A stretch of 64,000 bases of DNA from NCBI GenBank assembly GCA_038207335.1, contig JBBQZX010000023.1:1-64000 (forward strand). The letters run 5' to 3'. The DNA is from Chthoniobacterales bacterium (lineage in GTDB: Bacteria; Verrucomicrobiota; Verrucomicrobiia; Chthoniobacterales; Chthoniobacteraceae). Both the position numbers and the translations under genes were made by a program. Below the pieces are notes generated by a model, which saw only the letters and a list, made by a program, of their open reading frames with translations, was not told where the DNA came from and searched no databases. Positions 9,293-19,129 of this stretch are shown piece after piece; the first letter of the stretch is position 1; each line of letters opens with the position of its first letter.

Positions 9293-10216
9293 CTACCAGA
9301 GCGAAAGCGTGAGGCCGGCGGCGCGGTGCTCGGCGGTTTCGCGGGAGTGTATGTCGTGGAGATTTGCGATGCCGCCGAGAGAGGGCAGTTCGGAAGCGGG
9401 CGCAGTGCTCGGATGCGAGGTCCCTGTTACATTCACGGAAGCGAGAGGGTCGGTGGACGCTGTTGAATGCTTTTTGTCGGACCGCTTCGACGCAGGTGCA
9501 ACGTCGGTTTTTGCAGCGGCGATTTGGATTCCGGGCTGTTTGGCAAGCGGCGCTTTTGCAGCGAGCGCTTCGATTTGCTGCTCGGAAAGTTTGCGCGTCG
9601 GCGCTTCGGCGATGATGGGCGCAGGCTCGGGACGTGTGGCGATCAACATGCCGGGGATGAGGCGCTTGATCGGCTCCTCCATGATCTCAACCGGCGTGCC
9701 AAGAGGCGCGGCGTCAAAGACGGCGATCACGTCTTTCGATCTCATGCGGATGCAGCCCCAGCTTTCGGGCTTGCCGATGAGTCGCTCGACGGGCGTGCCG
9801 TGGATGTAGATGCCGCGCTCGTAGGCGTTGGCGTTTCCCGGCTCGAGTCCGCGCAGATGGAGGATGCGCGTCACGATCGGGTCGCGACCTTTCGCATTCA
9901 CGGAGAGCACTTCGCCGGTCGCCTGCCGCGCTTTCATCACGGCGCCGATTGGCAGTCCGTCGCCGACGCGCTCGGCGACTTCGAGCTTCCCGAGCGGCGT
10001 GCTGTAGCTGCGCGGTTTGTCGCCGACTCCGAATTTCGACGTGGAGATGTTGTACGTCGCGATCTTTTCGCCGTCGCGGATTAGCGCGAGCTTTTGATCT
10101 TTCACACTGACCACGATCGAAGTTGATGCCGATGCACTCGATGGAAGAATCGCCAGTGAAATGGCGAGAATCGCGCAGAAAATCGGGATCGGATGAGTGA
10201 TTCGGTTGTTCAGCAT
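9293..10216 (-). CDS. L,D-transpeptidase (YkuD family) with low-complexity C-terminal tail
   Basis: Signal peptide from MLNNRITHP; IYIHGT...ESWGCIRM; close paralog of the downstream gene. Confidence 0.9.
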   Translation of the reverse strand: MLNNRITHPIPIFCAILAISLAILPSSASASTSIVVSVKDQKLALIRDGEKIATYNISTSKFGVGDKPRSYSTPLGKLEVAERVGDGLPIGAVMKARQATGEVLSVNAKGRDPIVTRILHLRGLEPGNANAYERGIYIHGTPVERLIGKPESWGCIRMRSKDVIAVFDAAPLGTPVEIMEEPIKRLIPGMLIATRPEPAPIIAEAPTRKLSEQQIEALAAKAPLAKQPGIQIAAAKTDVAPASKRSDKKHSTASTDPLASVNVTGTSHPSTAPASELPSLGGIANLHDIHSRETAEHRAAGLTLSLW

Positions 10217-10222
10217 GAGTTT

Positions 10223-10238
10223 AGCAAGGCGGCTGCCA
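10223..10238 (-). promoter_or_regulatory. Putative sigma-54 -24/-12 promoter
   Basis: TGGCAGCCGCCTTGCT (GG-N10-GC); unusually close to the ATG. Confidence 0.45.
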
Positions 10239-10338
10239 GACCAGAGGGAAAAGAAAAATTCGAAAAGGGGAGAGCGCGGATTCTTCAGAAAGGACATCCG
10301 AGAAATTCGTGTAATTCGCGGTCAAAATGAGTTCTCTT

Positions 10339-11844
10339 TTACGCGGCAAGCGCGGTGCCCGTGTCGCGCCAAGGCATCCGCAGTTGCGGAAACCATTGAG
10401 CGATGGAACAGAGCGCGACGTATCCGAACCCGCCCGCAAACAAGAGCAGGAAAGGAACGGAGAGCCATTGCGCATTTCGCACAGCGAAAACGAGGAAGTA
10501 GGTGAAGTAGCTCGCGAAGCCCAGCTCGAAGAGCGGAATCGCGCTTTTCAGCGGCGAGTATTTCGAGCGTTTCCAGGACTGTGTTTTGCGCTCGATTCCG
10601 TATTTTGGCGTGCGTGTGAATTCGGACTGATGCCCGACGGTAGCCTCAAGGACGGCGCGTGCATTATTCACCGCGAGACCGATGCCTAGGCCGATGAGCG
10701 GCGGCAGCAGGAACATGTCGCGCAGCCACGTCTTCGGGTGTAACTCACGCTGTGTGCAGATGTAGAAAACCGCGGCCGGGAGTGATGCGGAGATAAAGAT
10801 CGGGATATCGAGTAGGAACGTGCGCAACATGCTGTGCGTGCCGCCGCCGGCGGACGGATGAAGCAGGATGCAGAGGAAAAGCAGGAGCAAATAGGCGTAG
10901 TTCGAGGTGAGGTGCGCCGTTGCTTCGAGCTTGATGAGCAGCGGCAGCTCTGCGCGCCAAACGGATGGCAGGAGCTTCATGCACGTCTGGATCGAGCCTT
11001 TGGTCCAACGATGCTGCTGCGACTTGAAGCCGTTCATATCGACGGGCAACTCGGCGGGCGTAACGAGGTCAGACAGGAAGACGAATTTCCAACCCTTGAG
11101 CTGCGCGCGGTAGCTGAGATCGAGGTCTTCGGTAAGCGTGTCGTGTTGCCAGCCGCCGGCGTCGGCAATACAGGAGCGGCGCCAGAGTCCGGCGGTACCG
11201 TTGAAATTGAAAAAACGCCCGCTTCGGCTGCGGGCGGTCTGCTCGAGCAGGAGATGGCCGTCGAGGAACATCGCCTGGACACGGGTGAGAAGCGAGTAGG
11301 TGCGGTTCAGATGGCCCCATCGCGTCTGGATCATGCCGACCTTAGGGTCGGTGAAAAACTGGATCGTCCGGCGTAGCATGTCGGGTTTCGGGACGAAGTC
11401 GGCGTCGAGAATGAGGATGAACTCGCCGGTGCAAGTGGCCACTCCATTTTCGAGAGCGCCAGCTTTGAAACCGACGCGATTCTCACGGTGGATCATCTCG
11501 ATATCTAGCCCGGTGGCGCGCAACTCCGCGACGCGATCTGCGGCGATCTGCGTAGTTTGGTCGGTGGAGTCGTCGAGCACTTGGATCTGCAGAATTTCGC
11601 GAGGGTAATCGAGCGAGGCGACGGAATTCAGGAGCCGCTCGACGACGTAGAGCTCGTTGAAAATCGGGAGCTGGACCGTGATCCGGGGCAACTCCTTGAA
11701 CTCAGAAAGCGGTTGCGGGGCGTTGTGCCGATTTTTGAGGAACAGGTAAACGATGACGTAACGATGCAGACCGTAGAGGGAGAGTCCGAAAAGGACGACG
11801 AAGTAGCAAAATGTCCAAATTGAGTTTCCCAAACTTCCTTGCAT
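10339..11844 (-). CDS. Processive GT2 glycosyltransferase (cellulose-synthase-like)
   Basis: QLPIFNE, DDSTD, FKAGAL, LDADF, TED and QQHRW motifs; N- and C-terminal TM helices. Confidence 0.9.
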   Translation of the reverse strand: MQGSLGNSIWTFCYFVVLFGLSLYGLHRYVIVYLFLKNRHNAPQPLSEFKELPRITVQLPIFNELYVVERLLNSVASLDYPREILQIQVLDDSTDQTTQIAADRVAELRATGLDIEMIHRENRVGFKAGALENGVATCTGEFILILDADFVPKPDMLRRTIQFFTDPKVGMIQTRWGHLNRTYSLLTRVQAMFLDGHLLLEQTARSRSGRFFNFNGTAGLWRRSCIADAGGWQHDTLTEDLDLSYRAQLKGWKFVFLSDLVTPAELPVDMNGFKSQQHRWTKGSIQTCMKLLPSVWRAELPLLIKLEATAHLTSNYAYLLLLFLCILLHPSAGGGTHSMLRTFLLDIPIFISASLPAAVFYICTQRELHPKTWLRDMFLLPPLIGLGIGLAVNNARAVLEATVGHQSEFTRTPKYGIERKTQSWKRSKYSPLKSAIPLFELGFASYFTYFLVFAVRNAQWLSVPFLLLFAGGFGYVALCSIAQWFPQLRMPWRDTGTALAA

Positions 11845-11977
11845 AGCGTTTTTTTGCCGTTTCCGGCGGAGAAGCGCGGCATAATGGGCGGAGTATGGCG
11901 GTGGTCAAGCGGAAATGTCCCGGAGTGGCCGGGCGCGCTAAGTGACATTCGTGTCAGGGTTTCCCCGATGCCGGCGG

Positions 11978-13660
11978 CTACAGCGCGGCGGCGGTTTCGA
12001 TCGTCTCGCGGAGTTTTTGCGCGGCGATCGGCTTCACGAGGTGCGCGAGGAAGCCGGCTTCGCGGGTACGCGCCAGATCGTGCTCCATGCCGAAACCGCT
12101 CATAGCCACGGCGGTGATGTCGCTCTTTTTGCGCAGTTCGCGCAGTACATCGGTGCCGTGGCCATCCGGCAGTCCGAGGTCGCTGAGGAGCAGGTCGAAA
12201 CTGTCGCGCTCGGCCCGGCTGAGCGCCTCGCGGACGCTCCCGGCGACGACTACCGAATAGCCCCACCTCTCGAGCAGCCGCGTCATCGCGTGGCGCGTGT
12301 CTTCGTGATCTTCGACCAGCAGGATGCGTAGCGCCGGGCGCGCCGGAGACGCGGGCGCACTCGGCTGCGTCGTGGCCCGGGCGACCGTGAGCGCGGACGC
12401 GAGAGGCAACTCGACGCGCATCGTCGTCCCGGCGTCGCCCCCGGAGCTTGACGCACGGATGTGCCCGCCGTGCGCGTCGGCGAGCGCTTTCGCGATAGTG
12501 AGGCCGAGGCCGAGACCGCCAAACTTTCGCGTCAAAGACTGCTCACCCTGCATGAATGGCTGGAAAATCCGCGGCATCGCAGCGGGATCGATCCCGATAC
12601 CCGTGTCGCTGATTTCAACGGTGAACCGAGCGTCGCGATTTGCCGTCCGCACCGTGATCCGCCCCCCGGCGGACGTGAATTTCACCGCATTTGAAATGAG
12701 ATTCCAAAAAATCTGGAGCAGCCGCGGGGCATCGCCACGCACACTCGACTCCGCCGCATCCAGCGCAGTCTCCAAGCGGTGCCCTTTCTTCTCGATCTCT
12801 GGCTGGCACATCTCGACCGCTCCGCGGATCGCTTGGTGCGCGTCCATGGGCGCGAGGTTGAGCTGCATTCGGCCTTTGGTGATGCGGGTAAAATCGAGCA
12901 AGTCGTCGATGAGGCGCGCCTCAAGTTCGACGTTGCGCCGGATGAGCCGCAGCGAATCGCGCAGCGTCTCCGGGTTTCGCCCGCCTGTGGATTCCAGCTC
13001 GATCGCGGCGGCGAGCACGGGAGTGAGCGGCGTCCGCAGCTCGTGGCTGAGCACCGCGAGAAATTGGTCTTTCGCGCGATTCGCCTCCTCGGCGTTTTCC
13101 TTTGCGCGCTCGAGTTGCCGCGCGCGCTGCGCGAGTTCCGTGGCGAGCTGTGCGATATCGTTGTCCTGCGAGGCCAGTTCGCGCCGGAGCGTATCACGGA
13201 CGAGCTTCGAGACGACCTGGCTGTTTGCCCGCGCAAGGAGTTCGGCGGCAGAAAAAGGCTTTGTGAGATAATCCTGCGCGCCCTCGGCGAGCGCCTCCGC
13301 CAGCGCGCCGGCATCCTCGGCGGCGGCGAGCAAAATCACGGGCGTGGCGTCGAGCGCGGCGTTTTCGCGAATCCCGCGCATTAACTCTCGCCCGCCCATT
13401 TTCGGCGAGGCGAGCTCGCTCAAGATCAAGTCTGGCAGATGCTCCTGGGCCAGTTCGAGCCCGAGAATTCCGTCCCCCGCCCGAACGATGCGGAACACCG
13501 CCGATAGCGTCTCCGACATAAAATCTCCCAGCGCGGCATCCTGCTCCACGATGAGAGCGAGTGGTCGCTCGCCACCCGCAGCCATTTCGAGCCGAGTTTC
13601 CCGCTCCGCAGAAATCCGAGCCGATTCCATTGGCACGGGCATTCGGCGGGTTGAACTCAT
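11978..13660 (-). CDS. Cytoplasmic hybrid histidine kinase (atypical REC-HisKA-HATPase-REC)
   Basis: LSHELRTPL H-box, NLISNAVKFT, DTGIG, GGLGLGL; canonical C-terminal REC; start uncertain (13660 or somewhat later). Confidence 0.9.
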   Translation of the reverse strand: MSSTRRMPVPMESARISAERETRLEMAAGGERPLALIVEQDAALGDFMSETLSAVFRIVRAGDGILGLELAQEHLPDLILSELASPKMGGRELMRGIRENAALDATPVILLAAAEDAGALAEALAEGAQDYLTKPFSAAELLARANSQVVSKLVRDTLRRELASQDNDIAQLATELAQRARQLERAKENAEEANRAKDQFLAVLSHELRTPLTPVLAAAIELESTGGRNPETLRDSLRLIRRNVELEARLIDDLLDFTRITKGRMQLNLAPMDAHQAIRGAVEMCQPEIEKKGHRLETALDAAESSVRGDAPRLLQIFWNLISNAVKFTSAGGRITVRTANRDARFTVEISDTGIGIDPAAMPRIFQPFMQGEQSLTRKFGGLGLGLTIAKALADAHGGHIRASSSGGDAGTTMRVELPLASALTVARATTQPSAPASPARPALRILLVEDHEDTRHAMTRLLERWGYSVVVAGSVREALSRAERDSFDLLLSDLGLPDGHGTDVLRELRKKSDITAVAMSGFGMEHDLARTREAGFLAHLVKPIAAQKLRETIETAAAL

Positions 13661-13767
13661 GATGGTGGACGAAGGTGACCCGCAAGCGGGACGACTGCTG
13701 TGAACGGGAAGATTCGCGCGTGGCGTGGCTACGGGATGCCTCGCGCACCGAGTGGGTAACCCTCCGG

Positions 13768-14532
13768 TCAGCCTCGCGGCTTCCACGCGTGCTCGCGCCA
13801 GAAGCTGCGTGCGGCGCCTTTGCTGCCGGGGAAAATATTGCGCTCCACATTTCGCAGATTCGCCACGCGCGTAGGATAGGCGGAGCGCGGCAGGTCGCAG
13901 GTGCCGTCGCCGGTGTATTGCCACAGGCTCCAGCTCGGCCACGGCTCGGTGTGGCGCGGCTTGTAGTGGTAGTTCGCGATCCACAGCCAGCATCGCGACA
14001 GCGCGCGCTTTACCGCCGGATCAACATTCGGCCCGTCGATCACGCGCTCGACGCGGTGCTCGTTCGTGTAGAGCCCCGGATATTTTCCAGTCCGCTCGTG
14101 GATTCGCTCGATGAACGCCACGGCCTGTTCCGGGCGCATCGTGCCGCCGGGATAGTGATCGTTTTGCTCGAAATCGAGCACCAGCAGAACGCCTGCCGAT
14201 TTCCGTGTGGCCACGCCGCTACGCCAGCGGGCCTCGACGGTCTCGAGAAAATGATCCGCCTGCCGGACCGGATCGGTGCCATCGGCAAAATGATACGCGC
14301 CCCAAAGCAGCCCGTCCGCGAGCGCCGTATCCTGTCGCAAGCCGTAAGCCTCATCGACATTTCCCACGGGAAAAGTCGCCTCGTGGATGACACCAACTAC
14401 GCCTTCCGCTTCCATGAGATTGAACTGTGGACGAGCCTCGTCGTAGTGCGAAAGGTTGACCACGCTGTTGCTCGCGCACCCGCCTAGAATCAGCATCGGC
14501 AGACAAATGGCGAGTGGGCGGAGAGATTTCAT
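13768..14532 (-). CDS. GH25 muramidase-family lipoprotein
   Basis: Lipobox LGGC; VNLSHY, WGAYHF, LDFE, WLWIANY, WQYTGDG motifs. Confidence 0.85.
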   Translation of the reverse strand: MKSLRPLAICLPMLILGGCASNSVVNLSHYDEARPQFNLMEAEGVVGVIHEATFPVGNVDEAYGLRQDTALADGLLWGAYHFADGTDPVRQADHFLETVEARWRSGVATRKSAGVLLVLDFEQNDHYPGGTMRPEQAVAFIERIHERTGKYPGLYTNEHRVERVIDGPNVDPAVKRALSRCWLWIANYHYKPRHTEPWPSWSLWQYTGDGTCDLPRSAYPTRVANLRNVERNIFPGSKGAARSFWREHAWKPRG

Positions 14533-14636
14533 GGGGCGCAAAAAGTGCGCGGCGGACGCCAGACACGCGAGCCGAATTTCATGCGCGCGCAGCGGCCTCG
14601 GTCCCGCATCTCACACCGCCTCGCCCACGATGAATT

Positions 14637-16322
14637 TCACCCTCGGCCCGACTCGCGAATCAGGTCCGCCACGCGCTCGCTGGTCGCATCGTGCGCTAGG
14701 TCGCGGATCGGTGCGTGCATCCGCTGCGTCCAGTTTTCCGAGCCCGAGACGCCGGGAAAATTGAACCTCTCACAACGCGCGAACACGTCCGTGATCATCA
14801 GCACCGCGATCCACGAATTCGACGCGAACAGCGACGCGAGCAACGACGCGTGTATCTCAGGCGTGAACTCTCGCGACGGCTCGCCGATGCCGGCGTACTC
14901 GCACAGCACGCGGAGCTCATATTCCGCTCCGCTCCCGGCATTCTCGGCGGTGAGGTGCTCCCACATCGTCCGCAGCGGCTCGTGATCGTGCGTGCCGTAA
15001 GTCGCGAGCGAAAGCCGCTGATATTCTCCTCCCGGAATGAGCCGCCCGTCGTGCTGCTTTTCCCACTGTGGGATTTTGTATCCTGCGATTCCGAGGGACG
15101 TGAGATTCGGCCGCACGTAAGGCGGCACCACGCCGAGGTCTTCGCCGATCACCGACCCGACACCCGCCTCCGCCAGCACAGCGCGCAGATACTCCTCGCC
15201 GTCGCGCCGATTCCGCTCGCAACGCTCCTCCGTGTCGTCTGGCGCAGGGTGAAAATGTGGCTCCAGTCCGCCAGTCCGCGCGCGCGCTTCATCGGTGCTG
15301 AGTGGCAGAAATTCCGCGTTGCGTTCGGGCCGAAATGGGAAGCCGTAGATGCGATAAAATCCGAGGACGTGATCGATGCGGAAGAGGTCGAAGAATTCGC
15401 GCACACCCCGCACGCGCCGCCGCCACCACGCGAAATCTCGGGCGCGCATCGCGTCCCAATCGTACAGCGGAATACCCCAGTTTTGCCCCCACTTCTGCAC
15501 GAATTCGTCGTGCTTAAAAACCGTGTCGGGTGGGGTGCCGCCGGACCATTCGGTTTGGAAAATCTCGCGCTGCGCCCACACATCCGCGCTGTAAAGACTA
15601 ACGCCAAACGGAATGTCGCCCATCAGCGCGACGCCGCGCTTTTCGGCGTGCGCCTTTACCGCGCGCCATTGCCGGAATGCCTGCCACTGCACGTAGCTGA
15701 AGAACTCGATGCGCGACCGATGAACCTGCGCCGCGCGCGGCCGCAGCGTCTCCACCCACCCCTTCGCGCCCTCCAGCGTGCGATGCGCCTCCGGCCATTC
15801 CGTCCAGATTTCGCCGACACCATTGCGCTCCATGAGTGCGCGGAAAAGTGCGTAATTTTCCAGCCACGACGACTGCTCCGCGACGAATGCCGCAAACTCC
15901 CGCGAGCGCTTCCTCTTGCGATGCAACTGCCGCATTTTAAACCGCGCGAACGCCGCCTCCAGAAGCCGCATTTTCAGCGGCTTCACGACGGAGTAATCGA
16001 CGAGTTCCGAGTCCGGCTCGAGTGCGGGGAATTCATTCGAGATGCGATCGAATTCGGCCGGCAAAATATCGGGAATCGCCGCGCACGAAGTCCGCAACGT
16101 GGCCGGATCGAGCGCGATGGAGCTGATTGCGTTGTAGGGGCTGTGGTCGCCGCCGGTTTCGTTGATCGGTAGGATTTTCACGATGCGAAATCCGCGTGCC
16201 GCGGCCCAGCCGATGAACTCCATGAGCGATTGCGTGTCCCCGATTCCGAGGTCGCCCTCGCCGCGAACGGCGAAGACGGGGACGAGGACGCCGGCTACTT
16301 TTTTGTCGAGGGGTAGAGTCAT
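14637..16322 (-). CDS. malQ: 4-alpha-glucanotransferase (GH77 amylomaltase)
   Basis: GIGD, SPYNAISS, MGDIPFGV, GQNWG.P.Y.W, RIDHVLGF, GEDLG, GTHDH. Confidence 0.92.
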   Translation of the reverse strand: MTLPLDKKVAGVLVPVFAVRGEGDLGIGDTQSLMEFIGWAAARGFRIVKILPINETGGDHSPYNAISSIALDPATLRTSCAAIPDILPAEFDRISNEFPALEPDSELVDYSVVKPLKMRLLEAAFARFKMRQLHRKRKRSREFAAFVAEQSSWLENYALFRALMERNGVGEIWTEWPEAHRTLEGAKGWVETLRPRAAQVHRSRIEFFSYVQWQAFRQWRAVKAHAEKRGVALMGDIPFGVSLYSADVWAQREIFQTEWSGGTPPDTVFKHDEFVQKWGQNWGIPLYDWDAMRARDFAWWRRRVRGVREFFDLFRIDHVLGFYRIYGFPFRPERNAEFLPLSTDEARARTGGLEPHFHPAPDDTEERCERNRRDGEEYLRAVLAEAGVGSVIGEDLGVVPPYVRPNLTSLGIAGYKIPQWEKQHDGRLIPGGEYQRLSLATYGTHDHEPLRTMWEHLTAENAGSGAEYELRVLCEYAGIGEPSREFTPEIHASLLASLFASNSWIAVLMITDVFARCERFNFPGVSGSENWTQRMHAPIRDLAHDATSERVADLIRESGRG

Positions 16323-18133
16323 GATTTCAAATCGGTTGCGCGCAGGAGGAGGACTTCCGGCTCGGAGAATTCGCAGTGTTGTGTGTCAAGATCGAAGCTC
16401 GCGCGACCGTCTCCGCCAAAGCGTATTTCGTTGCTGGAAAGCAGCAATTCCCAGCGCTCCCCGCCGCGCGTTTTCAGTGCGCCGCGATGTCCGCCGGAAA
16501 GGTCGAATAGCAGCAGATGATTCGCCTCTTGCCCCTCGAAAAGAATGATGCCAACACCGAACTCCGCGAGTTCCACGCGCCAGCCGTCGCGTGCGGGCGG
16601 GCGGAAAAGCCCGCGCTCGCGGCGCTGCGCGAGGCACTCGCGGTAGAGCGCGAACATCTGCGCGTGCGGCTCGGAAGAGAGTTCTGACCAGTCGAGCTTT
16701 GATCGGAGAAAAGTCTCTTCGGCCTGTGGGTCAGGGATTTTTTCCAACGCCCGCTCGTCGCTGAATTCCGGGAAATCCGCGAACTCTTTCCGCCGCCCGG
16801 CGGTAATGAGCGCGCCAAGCTCCGGCTCGTGATCGGTGAAGAATTGGAACGGTGTGGAGGCATCCCACTCCTGCCCCATGAAGAGCATCGGCGTGAATGG
16901 CGTGAGGCAGATCATCGCTGAAAGCGCGCGGTAACCGGCGGGCGAAACGGTCGCGCTGAGCCGCTCGCCAAATGCGCGGTTGCCCGCCTGGTCATGGTTC
17001 GAGATGCAATGCACGAACTGCTGCGGCGGCAACCGGTCGCACTCCGTCCCGCGCTTGCGCTTGCGCCGCGCCGACTGCTGGCCTCGATAAAACCAGCCGT
17101 GCTGCAGCGTCTCCACGACCTCCTCCGTCGTGCCGTGGAAGTCCTGGAAATACGACGACTTCTCCGCCGTCTGGCTCACGCGGACGGTGTGGTGAAAGTC
17201 GTCTGCCCACACCGCATCGAAGCCGTATCCGCCATCGGAAACCGCACGCAGCATCCGCGCTTCATTTTCGGAATCCTCGGCGATCGCGTATCCGCCGAGC
17301 GCGTGGATCGTCTCCGTGAACTCCTCGAAAATGTGCGGCTTCGAGTCGTCGAGGATCGCGTGCGTCGCATCGAAGCGGAAGCCGTCGATGTGAAACTCCT
17401 CCATCCAGTAGATCGGATTCCGCACAAAAAAATCGCGAACAGAGCGCGAATTCGCGCCGTCGAAATTGAAAGCCTGTCCCCACGGCGTGTAGTGGCGGTC
17501 GGTGAAAAAATCGCGGCTGAATCGCGCGAGGTAATTTCCGCTCGGGCCGAGGTGGTTATAGACGACGTCGAGGATTACCGCGATCCCGCTCGCGTGCGCT
17601 GCATCGACGAGCGCCCGGAGATCGTCCGGCGAGCCGTAAACGCGCGCCGGCGCATAGATCAGCACACCGTCGTAGCCCCAGTTTCTCGCGCCGGGAAAGT
17701 CGGCGACCGGCATGATCTCGAGCGCGTTCACGCCTAGCGCGCGCAGGTGCGGCAGCTTCGTGATCGCGGCGCGAAACGTCCCCTCCTGCGTGAACGTGCC
17801 GACGTGCATTTCGTAAATCACGAGGTCGCGAAATGCGGGCCTCTTCCACGCGCCATCGTTCCAGTTGAAAGTCGTCGGATCAACCACCAGCGAGGCTTCG
17901 TGGACTGTGCCTGCCTGCGAGCGCGCCTCGGGATCGGGAAAAGATTCACCGCATTCGAGCCGGAATTTATAGGTGTCGCCGGCGCGTCCCTGCGTATCGA
18001 ACGCGGTGTGAATTCCGCCGTCCTCGCGCGGCATCGGCAGCAGCCGAGAGCCGTTGATTTCCAAAATCACCTCGCGATTTTCCCGGCACCAAGTGTGGTA
18101 TCGCACGCCGCTTGCGGTCACATCCGCGCTCAT
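16319..18133 (-). CDS. treZ: Malto-oligosyltrehalose trehalohydrolase (GH13)
   Basis: YEMHVGTF, RNWGYDGV, DVVYNH, GFRFDATH, WADDFHH, NHDQAGNRAFGER, PMLFMGQEW. Confidence 0.92.
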   Translation of the reverse strand: MSADVTASGVRYHTWCRENREVILEINGSRLLPMPREDGGIHTAFDTQGRAGDTYKFRLECGESFPDPEARSQAGTVHEASLVVDPTTFNWNDGAWKRPAFRDLVIYEMHVGTFTQEGTFRAAITKLPHLRALGVNALEIMPVADFPGARNWGYDGVLIYAPARVYGSPDDLRALVDAAHASGIAVILDVVYNHLGPSGNYLARFSRDFFTDRHYTPWGQAFNFDGANSRSVRDFFVRNPIYWMEEFHIDGFRFDATHAILDDSKPHIFEEFTETIHALGGYAIAEDSENEARMLRAVSDGGYGFDAVWADDFHHTVRVSQTAEKSSYFQDFHGTTEEVVETLQHGWFYRGQQSARRKRKRGTECDRLPPQQFVHCISNHDQAGNRAFGERLSATVSPAGYRALSAMICLTPFTPMLFMGQEWDASTPFQFFTDHEPELGALITAGRRKEFADFPEFSDERALEKIPDPQAEETFLRSKLDWSELSSEPHAQMFALYRECLAQRRERGLFRPPARDGWRVELAEFGVGIILFEGQEANHLLLFDLSGGHRGALKTRGGERWELLLSSNEIRFGGDGRASFDLDTQHCEFSEPEVLLLRATDLKS

Positions 18134-19104
18134 TATTTCACCGGCTGTCCCGCGCCGCGGTGCCGGCGATACGCGCGGACGATCGACTGCACGAGTTCAT
18201 GCCGGATGACGTCGCCCTCTCCAAAATGGCAGAACGAAATGGCCTCCACATCGCGTAGCGCGTGCAGCGACTCGACGAGCCCGGAGCGTTTGTTCGTGGG
18301 TAAATCGATCTGCGTCTGGTCGCCCGTGATCACGCATTTTGACTCAGCTCCCATGCGGGTGAGGAACATGAACATCTGCTCCATTGTCGTATTCTGCGCC
18401 TCGTCGAGCACGATGAACGCGTGGTTCAGCGTTCGCCCCCGCATGTAGGCGAGCGGCGCAATTTCGATGACGCCGCGCTCCATGAGCCGCTCCATTTCCT
18501 CGGGGTCCATCATGTCGTGCAGCGCATCGTAGAGTGGGCGCAGATACGGCATGATCTTCTCTTTCAAATCGCCGGGCAAAAAGCCGAGCGCCTCGCCCGC
18601 CTCCACCGCCGGGCGCGTCAAAATAATCCGCGTGACCTGCTCCTTTTTCAGCGCTGAAACCGCCATCGCCATCGCGAGATAAGTCTTCCCTGTGCCCGCC
18701 GGGCCGACACCGAAAACCATGTCGTGTCGCATGATCTCGCGGATGTAGGCACGCTGCCCGGCGGTGCGCGGGATGATCGGTGCGCGTTTCGGCGAGCAGA
18801 CGATTTTCGTATCGACGAGTTCGTCAAGCCCGCCGGATTCCGACTCCGCGATCGAGCGCAGAGCGTAGAGAAATTCGTGCCGCCGGATGGTGAGTCCGCT
18901 CTGCCGCGCGCGATCGAGTTGATCGAAAAGCCGCCGAGTCTGCTCGACCCGCACGGACTCCCCCTCGACCCGCAGCCAGCCGTCCCGAGCCGTGATTTTA
19001 ACCTCCAGCGCGTCTTCGACATTCTTCAGCAGCTTGAGGTCGTTCGCGTGGAGCAGCGCGAGCACCCGCGCGCTTTCAAACTGCAAAGTCTGCGCGTCCG
19101 CCAT
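18133..19104 (-). CDS. phoH: PhoH family ATPase
   Basis: GPAGTGKT, RPAVEAGE.LGFLPGD, APLAYMRGRTL, LDEAQN. Confidence 0.95.
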   Translation of the reverse strand: MADAQTLQFESARVLALLHANDLKLLKNVEDALEVKITARDGWLRVEGESVRVEQTRRLFDQLDRARQSGLTIRRHEFLYALRSIAESESGGLDELVDTKIVCSPKRAPIIPRTAGQRAYIREIMRHDMVFGVGPAGTGKTYLAMAMAVSALKKEQVTRIILTRPAVEAGEALGFLPGDLKEKIMPYLRPLYDALHDMMDPEEMERLMERGVIEIAPLAYMRGRTLNHAFIVLDEAQNTTMEQMFMFLTRMGAESKCVITGDQTQIDLPTNKRSGLVESLHALRDVEAISFCHFGEGDVIRHELVQSIVRAYRRHRGAGQPVK

Positions 19105-19129
19105 CAGCGCGATTTTACCGCGGACGGCA

